64,000 nt of DNA from Alphaproteobacteria bacterium. GTDB lineage: Bacteria > Pseudomonadota > Alphaproteobacteria > RF32 > CAG-239. How positions within the stretch are numbered: the first letter of the stretch is position 1; the number at the start of each line of letters is the position of its first letter. A model generated the notes under the pieces. It was not told the origin of the DNA and searched no databases. It saw only the letters and a list, made by a program, of their open reading frames with translations. Where the stretch lies: positions 37,104-101,103 of the forward strand of contig JAFTVD010000023.1 in NCBI GenBank assembly GCA_017465945.1, read 5' to 3'. The position numbers were made by a program, and so were the translations under genes. Below are positions 20,150 through 30,823 of the stretch, piece by piece.

Positions 20150-22969
20150 ATGTCTGAGAGCAAGTTTATTGAGATAAAAGGTGCAAGAGAGCACAATCTA
20201 AAAAACGTAAATATTTCTATTCCTAAAAATAAATTAACAGTTATTACGGGGCTTTCAGGTTCGGGAAAGTCTTCGCTTGCTTTTGATACTATTTATGCAG
20301 AAGGGCAGAGACGTTATGTTGAAAGTTTGTCAGCGTATGCTCGTCAGTTTTTAGATTTGATGAAAAAGCCAGATGTCGACTCTATTGAAGGGCTTGCACC
20401 TGCTATTTCTATTGAACAAAAAACAACATCACATAATCCTCGTTCTACTGTTGGGACTATTACTGAAATTTATGACTATATGAGATTGTTATGGGCAAGA
20501 GCTGGGACACCATATTCTCCTACAACTGGTTTACCAATAGAAGCGCAAACTGTCAGTCAGATTGTAGATAAAATATTAGGGCTTGATATAGGTAGTAAAA
20601 TTATGCTTGTTGCTCCTATGGTTAGGGGAAGAAAAGGAGAATTTAAAAAAGAGTTAGAAGGGCTTTTAAAACAAGGATTTCAACGTGTAAAAATTGATGG
20701 TGAAGTGTTTGATCTTGAAGATGTGCCAAATTTAGAAAAAAATATTAAGCATGATATTGAGGTTGTTGTTGATAGGCTTATCATTAAAAATGAAGATATG
20801 AGTGAGAGGGTGGCTCAATCTGTTGAAACAGCTCTTAAAATTAGTGATGGAATTTTGTATGTTGATAATTTAACAGATAATTCTAGGTTTACTTGTTCTT
20901 CAAAATATGCTTGTCCCGTATCGGGATTTACGATTGAGGAAATTGAGCCAAGGCTTTTTTCGTTTAATAATCCGCAAGGTGCTTGTCCACATTGTGATGG
21001 TATTGGGGCAAGGTTATATATGGATGAAGCTTTGGTTATACCAAATGTTTCAAAAAGTATTGCGCAAGGTGCTATTGCTCCTTGGTATGGGTTTAAGTCT
21101 TCATTTTATAAGCAGACTCTTATTTCGTTATGTGATTTTTTAGGTATATCTCAAGATACACCATGGAAGGATTTGCCTCAAAAAGCAAAAGATATTATTT
21201 TATATGGTTCGGGAAATGTTTGTGTGCCTCTGTATTATTCTTCTTTTGTATCTGATAAGCCTTTTGAAGGGGTTATTCCTAATATGGAAAGGAGATTTTT
21301 GGAAACAGAATCGGCGGCATCGAGAGAAGAATTATCACACTATCAATCGGCAGCGCCTTGTACTTTTTGTAAGGGAAAAAGATTAAAAGATGAGGCTTTG
21401 GCGGTTAAAGTATGTGGAAAAGATATTATGGAGGTATCTGATTTATCTATAAAAAATGCTTTGAAATGGTTTATGGGGGTTGAAGAACAACTAACGCCAC
21501 AAAAACAACAGATTGCACATAAAATATTAAAAGAGATTGTGGAGAGATTACAATTTTTGAACAATGTAGGTTTGGATTATTTAACTTTATCTCGTCAATC
21601 TGGTGGACTTTCTGGAGGCGAATCGCAACGTATTCGTTTAGCATCACAAATAGGTTCGGGATTAACAGGTGTTTTTTATGTGTTAGATGAACCATCTATC
21701 GGGCTTCATCAACGCGATAATGATAGATTGCTTGAAACATTAAATAGACTTCGTGATATTGGTAATACGGTAATTGTGGTTGAACATGATGAAGATGCGA
21801 TTAGAAATGCTGATTATTTGGTTGATATGGGACCTGGTGCCGGTGATATTGGTGGAGAAGTGGTAGCAGAAGGTAGTGTTGAAGATGTATTAAAAAATAA
21901 AAAATCTTTGACGGCACAATATCTAAATGGGCAAAAAGAAATTAGCGTTCCTGTTAAACGTCGTGAAGGGAATGGTAAATTTTTAGAGTTATTGGGAGCA
22001 AAAACAAATAATCTTAAAAATGTTGATTTGAAAATACCATTGGGGACATTAACGCTTGTTACGGGGGTTTCAGGTGGAGGAAAATCTTCTCTTATACTAG
22101 AAACTCTTTATAAGGCCCTTAATAAAGAACTTAATAAAACAAGAGAGCATACTGGTATTTATGATGAACTTAAAGGTATTGAAAATATTGATAAAGTAAT
22201 TGATATTGACCAATCTCCTATTGGGAGAACTCCTCGTTCTAATCCGGCAACTTATACTGGGTTATTTACTTATATTAGAGATTGGTTTGCAGAACTTCCT
22301 TTATCTAAAGCAAGAGGGTATCAAGCTGGTAGATTTTCGTTTAATGTTCAAGGTGGAAGATGCGAAGCTTGTAAAGGTGATGGGGTTACAAAAATTGAGA
22401 TGAACTTCTTACCTGATGTGTATGTGGAATGTGATGAATGTCATGGTAAGAGGTTTAATCGTGAAACTTTAGAGGTTACATATAAAGGTAAATCTATTGC
22501 TGATGTTTTAGATATGACTGTTGATGAGGCTGTTGAATTTTTTAGTAATATTCCAAGTATTAGGTCTAGATTGGAATTATTGCAAAAGGTGGGGCTTGGG
22601 TATATTCATCTTGGACAGCCTGCTACAACGCTTTCAGGAGGGGAGGCGCAAAGAGTAAAACTTTCTAAAGAATTATCTAAACGTGCTACTGGTAAGACAG
22701 TTTATATTTTAGATGAGCCAACAACGGGACTTCACTTTGAGGATATTAATAAGTTGTTGAAAGTGTTGCAAACCTTTGTTGATCAAGGCAATACTGTAAT
22801 TGTTATTGAACACAATTTAGATGTAATAAAGGTTGCGGACTATATTATTGATATGGGGCCAGAAGGTGGAGATGGTGGCGGAAAAATTGTTGCTTGCGGT
22901 ACACCTGAAGAAATTGTTAAAAAGAAAAAAGGATATACATATAAATATTTAGCTTCTAAATTAAAGTGA
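20150..22969 (+). CDS. uvrA: Excinuclease ABC subunit A
   Basis: [32 protein letters not shown], two ABC cassettes, zinc fingers. Confidence 0.98.
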   Translation: MSESKFIEIKGAREHNLKNVNISIPKNKLTVITGLSGSGKSSLAFDTIYAEGQRRYVESLSAYARQFLDLMKKPDVDSIEGLAPAISIEQKTTSHNPRSTVGTITEIYDYMRLLWARAGTPYSPTTGLPIEAQTVSQIVDKILGLDIGSKIMLVAPMVRGRKGEFKKELEGLLKQGFQRVKIDGEVFDLEDVPNLEKNIKHDIEVVVDRLIIKNEDMSERVAQSVETALKISDGILYVDNLTDNSRFTCSSKYACPVSGFTIEEIEPRLFSFNNPQGACPHCDGIGARLYMDEALVIPNVSKSIAQGAIAPWYGFKSSFYKQTLISLCDFLGISQDTPWKDLPQKAKDIILYGSGNVCVPLYYSSFVSDKPFEGVIPNMERRFLETESAASREELSHYQSAAPCTFCKGKRLKDEALAVKVCGKDIMEVSDLSIKNALKWFMGVEEQLTPQKQQIAHKILKEIVERLQFLNNVGLDYLTLSRQSGGLSGGESQRIRLASQIGSGLTGVFYVLDEPSIGLHQRDNDRLLETLNRLRDIGNTVIVVEHDEDAIRNADYLVDMGPGAGDIGGEVVAEGSVEDVLKNKKSLTAQYLNGQKEISVPVKRREGNGKFLELLGAKTNNLKNVDLKIPLGTLTLVTGVSGGGKSSLILETLYKALNKELNKTREHTGIYDELKGIENIDKVIDIDQSPIGRTPRSNPATYTGLFTYIRDWFAELPLSKARGYQAGRFSFNVQGGRCEACKGDGVTKIEMNFLPDVYVECDECHGKRFNRETLEVTYKGKSIADVLDMTVDEAVEFFSNIPSIRSRLELLQKVGLGYIHLGQPATTLSGGEAQRVKLSKELSKRATGKTVYILDEPTTGLHFEDINKLLKVLQTFVDQGNTVIVIEHNLDVIKVADYIIDMGPEGGDGGGKIVACGTPEEIVKKKKGYTYKYLASKLK

Positions 22970-22992
22970 TTTTTTCTAGATATGATTTGTTT

Positions 22993-23266
22993 AAAAAAAA
23001 AAGAAAACCCGAACACGGAGGAGGATGTGTTCGGGGAAAGAATGGCTATTCACATAGGTGTTCTTTTTTTAAGTAATGTTGTTTTACGTATAAAAGAAAG
23101 AAAAAACTGAAGTATATATTTTTTTTAATATGTAATGGTTAGTTTTATTTTCTTTTCAAAGAGTACATATGCTCACGCACCTGTACTCCATTAGAGGTTT
23201 TAACCTCACTTTTTGTATAATGGCACATTACAAAAAGATAATTATAGACGTAATAATAAGTAAGTA
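22993..23266 (-). ncRNA. Candidate small RNA (about 270 nt) with a CCUCCUCC terminator loop
   Basis: Minus-strand TTGACA (23295-23300) / TATATT (23273-23278) promoter, three internal hairpins, terminator cccgaacac-ATCCTCCTCC-gtgttcggg followed by a U tract; no long ORF. Confidence 0.5.
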
Positions 23267-23414
23267 TGGGGCAATATATATGAAATATTTTTTTTGTCAA
23301 TATGTTTTGCGTTTATATTTAAATTTAAGTTTTGGAATAAAGTATTTGATTTAAAGTAATTTTAATAAATTATGATTTATAAATGTTGTTATTATAACAA
23401 TATGGAGTTTTGTC

Positions 23415-24194
23415 ATGGTTAAAGATGTAAAGAAAAATGTATCTAAAAAGCCGGTTTCTAAAAAGACAGTGGCTAAAAAGGTTACAACAAAATCGGTTGA
23501 TAAAAAAATAGATGAAGTTGTTGTTAAAGATAAGATGGAAGATAAATTTACACCTGATATGTTTTTTAAGATATTTTTTGAAGGATGGAAGAGGTGTTTT
23601 GATTTAGAGGGAAGAACTTCCAGATTAGAATTGTGGGTGTTCATTATTATGAATACTTTGATTTCTGTTATTATTCAACTTCAATGCGGATATATTTTAT
23701 CTTCTAGATTTTTAGTTGTTGCTAATGAAATGGGTTTTAGTATTGATAAGATTGAAAGTTATATTTGTTGGGCTAGTTTCTTTTATGGGGTTAGTATTAT
23801 TGTTCCATTGATTGCTATTGGTGCAATGATGGTACGTCGTATGCATGATTTAGGAAGAGCTGCATGGCATGGTTATGTTGAGCAAATCTTTATGGGTGTT
23901 GTTGTGTTAAGTTTGTTAGTAGTTGCTATGGATTGTTTGGCTGATACTGATTATGCTTATACAATTTTGGCTATGGGGGTTTGTTTTGTTACAATCTTTT
24001 ATTCTGTTTTGTATTATTGCTTAAAATTTTTGGGTACCACTTTATATTACAAAGGAGATGAAAAGAAGAATGAATTTGGTAATCCAAGTTATGTCGGTCA
24101 TTATTATGATGATTTGGCATTGAAATTTGGTAATTTCTATATCTTGTTTATATTAACTATCGCTATGCTTTATTTGGGAGTGTGGTATTTTTAG
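23415..24194 (+). CDS. DUF805 family membrane protein
   Basis: FDLEGRTSRLELW, VRRMHDLG and KNEFG motifs; Lys-rich N-terminus. Confidence 0.8.
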   Translation: MVKDVKKNVSKKPVSKKTVAKKVTTKSVDKKIDEVVVKDKMEDKFTPDMFFKIFFEGWKRCFDLEGRTSRLELWVFIIMNTLISVIIQLQCGYILSSRFLVVANEMGFSIDKIESYICWASFFYGVSIIVPLIAIGAMMVRRMHDLGRAAWHGYVEQIFMGVVVLSLLVVAMDCLADTDYAYTILAMGVCFVTIFYSVLYYCLKFLGTTLYYKGDEKKNEFGNPSYVGHYYDDLALKFGNFYILFILTIAMLYLGVWYF

Positions 24195-24312
24195 TATTTT
24201 TATATATTAAAATGAGGAGGGAGAATTGTTCTTCCTCTTTTTTTTGTCTTTACATTTATAATATTTTGAGCTAAAAAAGATAAAGTTTTTTTTGATTTAG
24301 GAGTTATTTGAG

Positions 24313-25731
24313 ATGAATGCAAGAACACGTTTTGCGCCAAGTCCTACAGGATATATGCACATTGGTAATTTAAGAACTGCGTTATATGAGTATTTGATTG
24401 CTAAAAGAGATGGTGGACAATTTGTTTTGCGTATAGAAGATACTGACCAAAAAAGATATGTGGAAGGTGCGGTTGATATTATATATAATACATTAAAGAC
24501 TGTAGGAATGAATTGGGATGAAGGTCCTGATATTGGAGGGGAATATGGTCCTTATGTACAATCTGAACGTTTGAAATTGTATCAAGAATATGCTCATAAA
24601 TTGGTTGAACTTGGTGGTGCACATTATTGTTTTTGCTCAAAAGATGAAGCTGATGAACAAAAAGATGATGAGAGTAATACAAAGTTTAAAGACCCATGTA
24701 AAAATATATCATTAGATGAGGCAAAAAGAAGAGTGGCAAATGGTGAGGCTTTTGTTATTCGTCAAACTATAAATAAAAAAGGTAAGTCTTTATTTAATGA
24801 TGTTGTATATGGTGATATTGAAATAGATTATGATGATTTGGACGAAGGTGTGTTGTTAAAAAGTGATGGTTTTCCTACATATAACTTTGCTAATGTAGTA
24901 GATGACCATTTGATGAAAATTACACATGTTGTTAGAGGAAATGAGTATATTTCTTCCACTCCTAAATATAATCTTATTTATGAAGCTTTTGGTTGGGAGC
25001 CTCCTATATATGTGCACGTGGCGCAAGTAATGAAAGATGCTCAACATAAACTTTCTAAACGTAATGGTGATGCGTCTTTTCAGGATTTGGTTGCAAAAGG
25101 GTATTTGCCTGAGGCAATATTGAACTATATTGCATTATTGGGGTGGAATCCTGGTACGGAACAAGAAATATTCTCATTAAAAGAATTAGAAGAATGTTTT
25201 GATGCGAATAGATTAAATAAATCTCCGGCTATTTTTGATATTCAAAAATTAAGATGGATGAATGGTTGTTATATTAGAGCTTTGGATTTTGATGAATTTC
25301 ATAAGCTTGCTGAAGTTCAATATGATAAGTTTTTAACAAGAAATGTTAATAGGGTAGAGTTATCTAAAGTTTTGCAACCTCGTGTTGAAACTATTAATGA
25401 TATTGTTGAAATGGCTGGTTTTATTGAAACTTTACCAGAATATAGCATCGAGTTGTTTGTTAATAAGAAAATGAAGACAGATGTTGAAATTGCTAAAAAA
25501 TCTATTGAGTTGGTATTGCCTAAATTAGAAACTTTGGATGTTTGGACAAATGAGAGTTTGTTTGAATGTTTGAAAGGTGTTGCGATTGAAAACGAATTAA
25601 AGAATGGACAAGTTTTATACCCTGTTCGAATCGCTTTAACTGGTTTGGAAACAACACCTGGTGGTGCTTCAGAAATTGCTTCTATTTTGGGTAAAGAAGA
25701 GACTTTAAGACGATTAAAGAAAGCTTTTTAA
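24313..25731 (+). CDS. gltX: Glutamate--tRNA ligase
   Basis: RTRFAPSPTGYMHIGN, LRIEDTD, VVDDHLMKITHVVRG, KLSKR. Confidence 0.97.
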   Translation: MNARTRFAPSPTGYMHIGNLRTALYEYLIAKRDGGQFVLRIEDTDQKRYVEGAVDIIYNTLKTVGMNWDEGPDIGGEYGPYVQSERLKLYQEYAHKLVELGGAHYCFCSKDEADEQKDDESNTKFKDPCKNISLDEAKRRVANGEAFVIRQTINKKGKSLFNDVVYGDIEIDYDDLDEGVLLKSDGFPTYNFANVVDDHLMKITHVVRGNEYISSTPKYNLIYEAFGWEPPIYVHVAQVMKDAQHKLSKRNGDASFQDLVAKGYLPEAILNYIALLGWNPGTEQEIFSLKELEECFDANRLNKSPAIFDIQKLRWMNGCYIRALDFDEFHKLAEVQYDKFLTRNVNRVELSKVLQPRVETINDIVEMAGFIETLPEYSIELFVNKKMKTDVEIAKKSIELVLPKLETLDVWTNESLFECLKGVAIENELKNGQVLYPVRIALTGLETTPGGASEIASILGKEETLRRLKKAF

Positions 25732-25745
25732 GAAAAATAGATATG

Positions 25746-25782
25746 AAAAAGAAGGCATCTTAAAAAAAGATGTCTTTTTTTT
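25746..25782 (+). terminator. Terminator after gltX
   Basis: aaggcatctt...aagatgtctt stem plus T run. Confidence 0.6.
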
Positions 25783-25789
25783 AAGAGGA

Positions 25790-25805
25790 TTTAGAATATG
25801 TTAAC
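25790..25805 (+). promoter_or_regulatory. CtrA-like box upstream of hfq
   Basis: TTTA-gaatatg-TTAAC within a roughly 30-nt stretch nearly identical to the ccrM upstream region. Confidence 0.5.
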
Positions 25806-25889
25806 TAAATATGTTTTATATATATAATATGCGGCAAGGGATTTTTCTTTTGTTGGCATAATGTGAAAAATATAATAAGGAAATTAAAC

Positions 25890-26108
25890 ATGACTACAAA
25901 TGCACAAGTTGATTTTTTAAATGATATAAAAGACAAGAAAGTTTCCGTTACTGTTTTTTTAATTAACGGAGTTAAATTACAAGGTGTGATTACATGGTTT
26001 GATGCAACTTCTTTGTTGCTTAGACGTGATGGTCATACTCAACTTGTTTATTCACACGCTGTTTCGACAATTATGCCAGCAACACCTGTTGATGTTGTTG
26101 AAGGTTAA
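25890..26108 (+). CDS. hfq: RNA chaperone Hfq (divergent)
   Basis: [10 protein letters not shown] (Sm1), [13 protein letters not shown] (Sm2), directly upstream of hflX; ATG 25890 with AAGGA SD. Confidence 0.92.
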   Translation: MTTNAQVDFLNDIKDKKVSVTVFLINGVKLQGVITWFDATSLLLRRDGHTQLVYSHAVSTIMPATPVDVVEG

Positions 26109-26110
26109 CC

Positions 26111-27382
26111 TTGCAGTTAATTGAAAAAGACAAGAAAACAAGGACAGCCATTGTCTGTCCTATTGTAAAAACAGAAAATAAGTTTTTTTCTTTAGATGAT
26201 TTAAAAAATAAAGAAAAAGAAGCTGAAGGTCTGGTTGTTGCAATGGGGCAGGAGGCTGTCTTTTCTGTTAGTGTTACACTAAATAAAATTACACCACGCA
26301 GTTTTTTTGGTAAAGGTTTTATTGAAAAATTAAAAGAAGATTGTGTGAATGAAGAAATAGAGTTGTTGGTTGTTGATTATGCGATTAGTGCTGTTCAACA
26401 ACGTAATTTAGAAAAAGAGCTTAATCTTAAAGTTATTGATAGAACTGCGGTTATTTTAGAGATTTTTGGAAGACGGGCACAGACAAAAGAAGGTAAGCTT
26501 CAGGTAGAATTAGCTCATTTGACGTACCAGCGAGGAAGGCTTGTTCGTAGTTGGACACACTTGGAAAGACAACGAGGTGGTGGTGGTTTTTTGGGTGGTC
26601 CTGGAGAAACACAAATTGAGTTAGATAGACGCCATATTGATAATAGAATTTTGAGAATAAAAAAAGAACTTCAAAAAGTTTTACAAACAAGGTCTATTCA
26701 GCGAGGAGCAAGAGTTAAGGTTCCTTATCCTGTGGTTGCATTGGTTGGATATACTAATGCTGGAAAATCAACACTATTTAATAAAGTTACGAAAGCCAAT
26801 GTATTAGCACAAGATATGCTTTTTGCAACACTTGATCCGACAATGAGAAAAGTTAGTTTGGCAAAGGGTGTTGATGTTATTATGTCTGATACGGTGGGAT
26901 TTATTTCTAATTTGCCTCATGAGCTTATTATGGCATTTAGGGCGACTTTAGAAGAAGTTTTATTAGCTGATGTTATTTTGCATGTTATAGATGTTTCTAA
27001 TCCTAAATATAAAGAACAGCAAAAAGATGTTTGTGATGTATTGCATGAATTAGGATTAACAAAGGTCGAGTTTGAAGATAATTACATAGAAGTATTTAAT
27101 AAAGTTGATTTGTTAGAAAATGATGAAAAAGCATTATTGCTTAATAAAAAGATTAATAATCAAGTGATTGTTTCTGCTGTATCTGGTGAGGGGATAGATG
27201 AGTTATTAGCTAAAGTTTTAGAGAAATTTAATAACAAAAGCGAAATAAAAAAAGAAGTTTTGAGTATGGATGAGGGAAAAAAGTTAGCTTATTTTTATGA
27301 AAAACATCAAGTAATAGAGAGAGTTGACGATGTTAAAAATGGAAAAATTTATCTGACAGTTAAGTATAATAAAAATATTTGA
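26111..27382 (+). CDS. hflX: GTPase HflX
   Basis: EGKLQVELA, GPGETQIELDRR, GYTNAGKST, LFATLDPT, DTVGFI, NKVD. Confidence 0.96.
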   Translation: MQLIEKDKKTRTAIVCPIVKTENKFFSLDDLKNKEKEAEGLVVAMGQEAVFSVSVTLNKITPRSFFGKGFIEKLKEDCVNEEIELLVVDYAISAVQQRNLEKELNLKVIDRTAVILEIFGRRAQTKEGKLQVELAHLTYQRGRLVRSWTHLERQRGGGGFLGGPGETQIELDRRHIDNRILRIKKELQKVLQTRSIQRGARVKVPYPVVALVGYTNAGKSTLFNKVTKANVLAQDMLFATLDPTMRKVSLAKGVDVIMSDTVGFISNLPHELIMAFRATLEEVLLADVILHVIDVSNPKYKEQQKDVCDVLHELGLTKVEFEDNYIEVFNKVDLLENDEKALLLNKKINNQVIVSAVSGEGIDELLAKVLEKFNNKSEIKKEVLSMDEGKKLAYFYEKHQVIERVDDVKNGKIYLTVKYNKNI

Positions 27383-27437
27383 TTTTGAGCTTTTTTTATG
27401 TTAAAATAGCTTATGTTTTAAATATGGAGATTTTTTT

Positions 27438-29222
27438 ATGGCAGAGTATGATGATAAATTTAGTAAAAATGATCTCTATTTAATTGAAGAAAATTTAAGA
27501 AGAGGAAATGATGATTTTTTAGAGCTTTTTGTTGGGGACAAAGAGTTTGTTGTGCCTTATAGCTGTACTATTGGAAGCAATACGGATAAGCAATCGGTTT
27601 TAAGGTTTGAAAATCAGTTATTTGATTTTGAAGATAAAGAACGAGGAAAATATAATAGTAATAGAAAACGTGTTAAAACTGTTGAATATGAGGGAAGGGA
27701 GTTTGTTGTTCCCTTTGGGTATGAAGGAAAGATTAATCCTGAAGAGATTGCGAAAAATGCGATAAAAAAAGCAAGTGTTAAGTATAATATGATTATTAAT
27801 GCCCATAGAGAATTAAAAGAAGCGGGGATTGATGTTGGTGAAATTCAATTTTATGATAGTAGTGCTGAAAAATATACAAAATTATTAAAAGAAAATAATA
27901 GGGCTGTTTTATTATCTGAAAACACACCGGAAATGGTGCAAGTATTAAACTTTTTAGAAAATGTTGGTGATAAAACAAAGGTTTATGGTGGTGAAATTAA
28001 AAGAATTGGCAAGGAGGCTTTAAGAAAAAGTGGGGAGTATATAGAAGAATATGGAAAAAGGGGGATAAATATTGTTTGTGAAAATGTTAAAGATGGAAGT
28101 CAAAAGTTAAAACGAAATTTGAAAAAGAAAATTGCGGAAATTGAGTTTGATGCTTCTAAAAGATATATTCCTAAAGGATATAAAGTTGCAATGCTTGCAG
28201 GTTTATTGGCTGTTGGGGGAATAGGTGTTGTAAAAAATGTTAATTTTTCGGATGGGCAACATAAAGAACAAAGGGTTCAGAAAAAGAAGAAAAGAAATGA
28301 TGGTACTTATATGACATATTCTGGTAAAATATTACAAGATAAACATGGTAATTTAGCTAGAATGAATGAGCTTAGAGAAGAATTAACAATTTTGATGACT
28401 GCGGTTGAAGGATTTTCTAATGAAAGTTTTACGGATGGTAAAGGTATTTCGACGGCAGGTATTGGAAATACGGTTTTGTATGATGAAAAAGGAAATGAAA
28501 CAAGAGTTTCGCCTAATACTGTTCTTTCTAATCAAGAAGTTATTGTGCAAAAATTTAGATATAATGATGAAAATATGATGCCTATTTTAGCAACTGTTGA
28601 TAGACCATGCTCTGATGAAGAGCTTTTGGTTACATTTGGGGCTGGTTTTTGTTGGGGACCAACTGGACTTTCTAAATCACAATATTTTAAATCATTAAAA
28701 GAGGGGGCTTCTGTTGAGGAATTAACAAGAAAATTGACAGGATTTCGTATGCCAAGTGGACTTGTTAAAAGAGAGTATTTGCTAGCGTGTGTATTGAATA
28801 AAAAGTGGAGTGTAGATGATTTGAAAGATATGCCTGTGTACCATATTAGGGATAAGGGGTATTTACATTGTGCGGTTTATACTTTGGATTTTGACGATAT
28901 TTGTAAGTGTAAGACAGATGCTAAAGGAAACTATATATATGATAAATATAAAAATAAGATGCCAAAGCCTGATGAAGATGGGTATTGCTCTTTATATTTA
29001 GATAGAGCTGATGAAATTTTAGATAGATTGTGTAATGATAGACAAAAATATGGAAAAAGCAAGACTGTAGATGAGTTGTTACCAGATGATGTGAAGGAAT
29101 ATTTAAGGTCTGATTTTGCTTTATCTGACCTTCAAGAAAGGTATAGTTATGGTGGTGAACAGTCAAGGGATATTAAGTTTGGTGATGCTTTGGCTATGGT
29201 TGATAATTATAGAAGTAAATAA
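27438..29222 (+). CDS. Large hypothetical protein with a central TM segment and a GH24/phage-lysozyme-like domain
   Basis: VEGFSNESFTDGKGISTAGIG matches the E-x8-D-x5-T lysozyme catalytic pattern; GLVKRE resembles GLxxRR; TM VAMLAGLLAVGGIGVV. Confidence 0.6.
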   Translation: MAEYDDKFSKNDLYLIEENLRRGNDDFLELFVGDKEFVVPYSCTIGSNTDKQSVLRFENQLFDFEDKERGKYNSNRKRVKTVEYEGREFVVPFGYEGKINPEEIAKNAIKKASVKYNMIINAHRELKEAGIDVGEIQFYDSSAEKYTKLLKENNRAVLLSENTPEMVQVLNFLENVGDKTKVYGGEIKRIGKEALRKSGEYIEEYGKRGINIVCENVKDGSQKLKRNLKKKIAEIEFDASKRYIPKGYKVAMLAGLLAVGGIGVVKNVNFSDGQHKEQRVQKKKKRNDGTYMTYSGKILQDKHGNLARMNELREELTILMTAVEGFSNESFTDGKGISTAGIGNTVLYDEKGNETRVSPNTVLSNQEVIVQKFRYNDENMMPILATVDRPCSDEELLVTFGAGFCWGPTGLSKSQYFKSLKEGASVEELTRKLTGFRMPSGLVKREYLLACVLNKKWSVDDLKDMPVYHIRDKGYLHCAVYTLDFDDICKCKTDAKGNYIYDKYKNKMPKPDEDGYCSLYLDRADEILDRLCNDRQKYGKSKTVDELLPDDVKEYLRSDFALSDLQERYSYGGEQSRDIKFGDALAMVDNYRSK

Positions 29223-29310
29223 ATATTCTTAAAAAATAAATAAAATACTTGACAATTATACAAAAAAGACTAGTTTGACACTGAAATTAGTTTAATTTTG
29301 GAGTTAAATT

Positions 29311-30120
29311 ATGGTTAAGACACTAGTTGTAATTCCTGCTCGTTATGGTTCTACTAGATTTCCTGGAAAACCTTTGGCGAAGATTGCAGGCAAAGAAATG
29401 TTGCTTAGAGTTTATGAGATAGCTAAAAAGGGAACAAAGAATACGGATGCTCATATTGTTGTGGCAACTGAAGATGAGAGAATTAAGAAATTTTGTCAAG
29501 AAAAAGGAATCGAATGCTTGATGACCAGTGATAAATGTAAGACTGGTAGTGATAGAATTTGTGAGGCAGTGCAAATATTGGGTGAAAAACCTGATTTTAT
29601 TATCAATTTACAAGGTGATAATCCAGTTTGTCCTCCTAATTTTGTTGCAGAACTTATTAAGACTTTTGAAGAAGATCAAAGTGCAGATTTGGTTACTCCT
29701 GTTACTCAACTTAACTGGGAAGAATTGGATGAACTTCGTGAAAATAAGAAAGTAACTCCTTTTTCTGGTACTACATGTGTGGTTGATAAGGATAATTATG
29801 CTCAATGGTTTTCTAAAAACATTATTCCTGCTATTAGAAAAGAAAAAGAACTACGTGAAAAAGAAGCTAAAAGTCCAATTATCCGCCATATTGGTATGTA
29901 TGGATATAAATATGATGCGTTGTTTAAATTTAGCAAGTTAGATGAAGGTCAATTAGAAAAACTTGAGGGCTTGGAGCAATTAAGATTTTTGGAAAATGGT
30001 ATGAAAATCAAGGTTGCAAAAGTTGATTATGGTGCGTTTAGAGGTAGTATGGGGGGAGTTGATTCACCTGAAGATATTAAACGTGCTGAAGAATTATTTG
30101 AAAAATATGGTGAATTTTAG
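29311..30120 (+). CDS. kdsB: 3-deoxy-manno-octulosonate cytidylyltransferase
   Basis: IPARYGSTRFPGKPLA, TGSDR, NLQGD, RHIGMYGY, LEQLRFLENG, VDSPED. Confidence 0.93.
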   Translation: MVKTLVVIPARYGSTRFPGKPLAKIAGKEMLLRVYEIAKKGTKNTDAHIVVATEDERIKKFCQEKGIECLMTSDKCKTGSDRICEAVQILGEKPDFIINLQGDNPVCPPNFVAELIKTFEEDQSADLVTPVTQLNWEELDELRENKKVTPFSGTTCVVDKDNYAQWFSKNIIPAIRKEKELREKEAKSPIIRHIGMYGYKYDALFKFSKLDEGQLEKLEGLEQLRFLENGMKIKVAKVDYGAFRGSMGGVDSPEDIKRAEELFEKYGEF

Positions 30121-30132
30121 GAGATATGTTAT

Positions 30133-30783
30133 ATGACTACTAGGTTGATTATTGTGCGTCATGGAAATAATTTTACTAAAGAGCAAACACCTCTTAGAGT
30201 AGGGGCTAGAACGGATTTGCCTTTGGTGGAAACTGAACGTGGTACAAATGTTGGTAAGTATTTGAAAATGCGTACAATGATTCCTGACGTAGTTATTAGT
30301 GCTCCTTTAAAAAGAACCATGGAAACTGCTCGTTTAGCTATTGCTGCTTTAGATAAGGATATTGATTTAATCGTTGATGAACGTTTTAGAGAAATTGACT
30401 ATGGTCCAGATGAAGGTAAACCTGAAAGTGAGGTTGTTGCCAGAATTGGACAAAAAGCATTGGACGAGTGGGAAAGGGCAGCGATTGTACCTGATGGCTG
30501 GTTAGTTTGTGTTGATGATATAATTTCTTCTTGGAAAAAATTTGCAGATGAAATTGAAAATGTTTACGCAAACAAAACTGTTATGGTTGTTAGCTCGAAT
30601 GGTATAATTCGTTTTGCGCCGCATTTAACTGGTGACTTTGAAAAGTTTTCTCAAGAATTTAATATCAAAGTCGGTACAGGTAGCGTTTGTATATTAGAAA
30701 AGGAAAAAGAGGATAAAAATTGGCGAGTTATTGAATGGGGTACAAAACCAAAGGATAAATTAGCCAATTTAGGTTCTTTGTAA
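30133..30783 (+). CDS. Histidine phosphatase family protein
   Basis: IVRHG, PLKRTMETA, FREIDYG; the second His is replaced (VVSSNG). Confidence 0.85.
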   Translation: MTTRLIIVRHGNNFTKEQTPLRVGARTDLPLVETERGTNVGKYLKMRTMIPDVVISAPLKRTMETARLAIAALDKDIDLIVDERFREIDYGPDEGKPESEVVARIGQKALDEWERAAIVPDGWLVCVDDIISSWKKFADEIENVYANKTVMVVSSNGIIRFAPHLTGDFEKFSQEFNIKVGTGSVCILEKEKEDKNWRVIEWGTKPKDKLANLGSL

Positions 30784-30796
30784 TGATTTTATTAAT

Positions 30797-30823
30797 AGAA
30801 GCTCCTTATTGGGGCTTCTTTTT
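30797..30823 (+). terminator. Terminator after the kdsB operon
   Basis: agaagctcc-ttatt-ggggcttct plus T run. Confidence 0.7.

Noticed and set aside
23169-23354. 61-aa plus-strand ORF in the uvrA-DUF805 spacer
   Set aside because: No SD or recognisable composition; promoter and terminator polarity point to a minus-strand transcript
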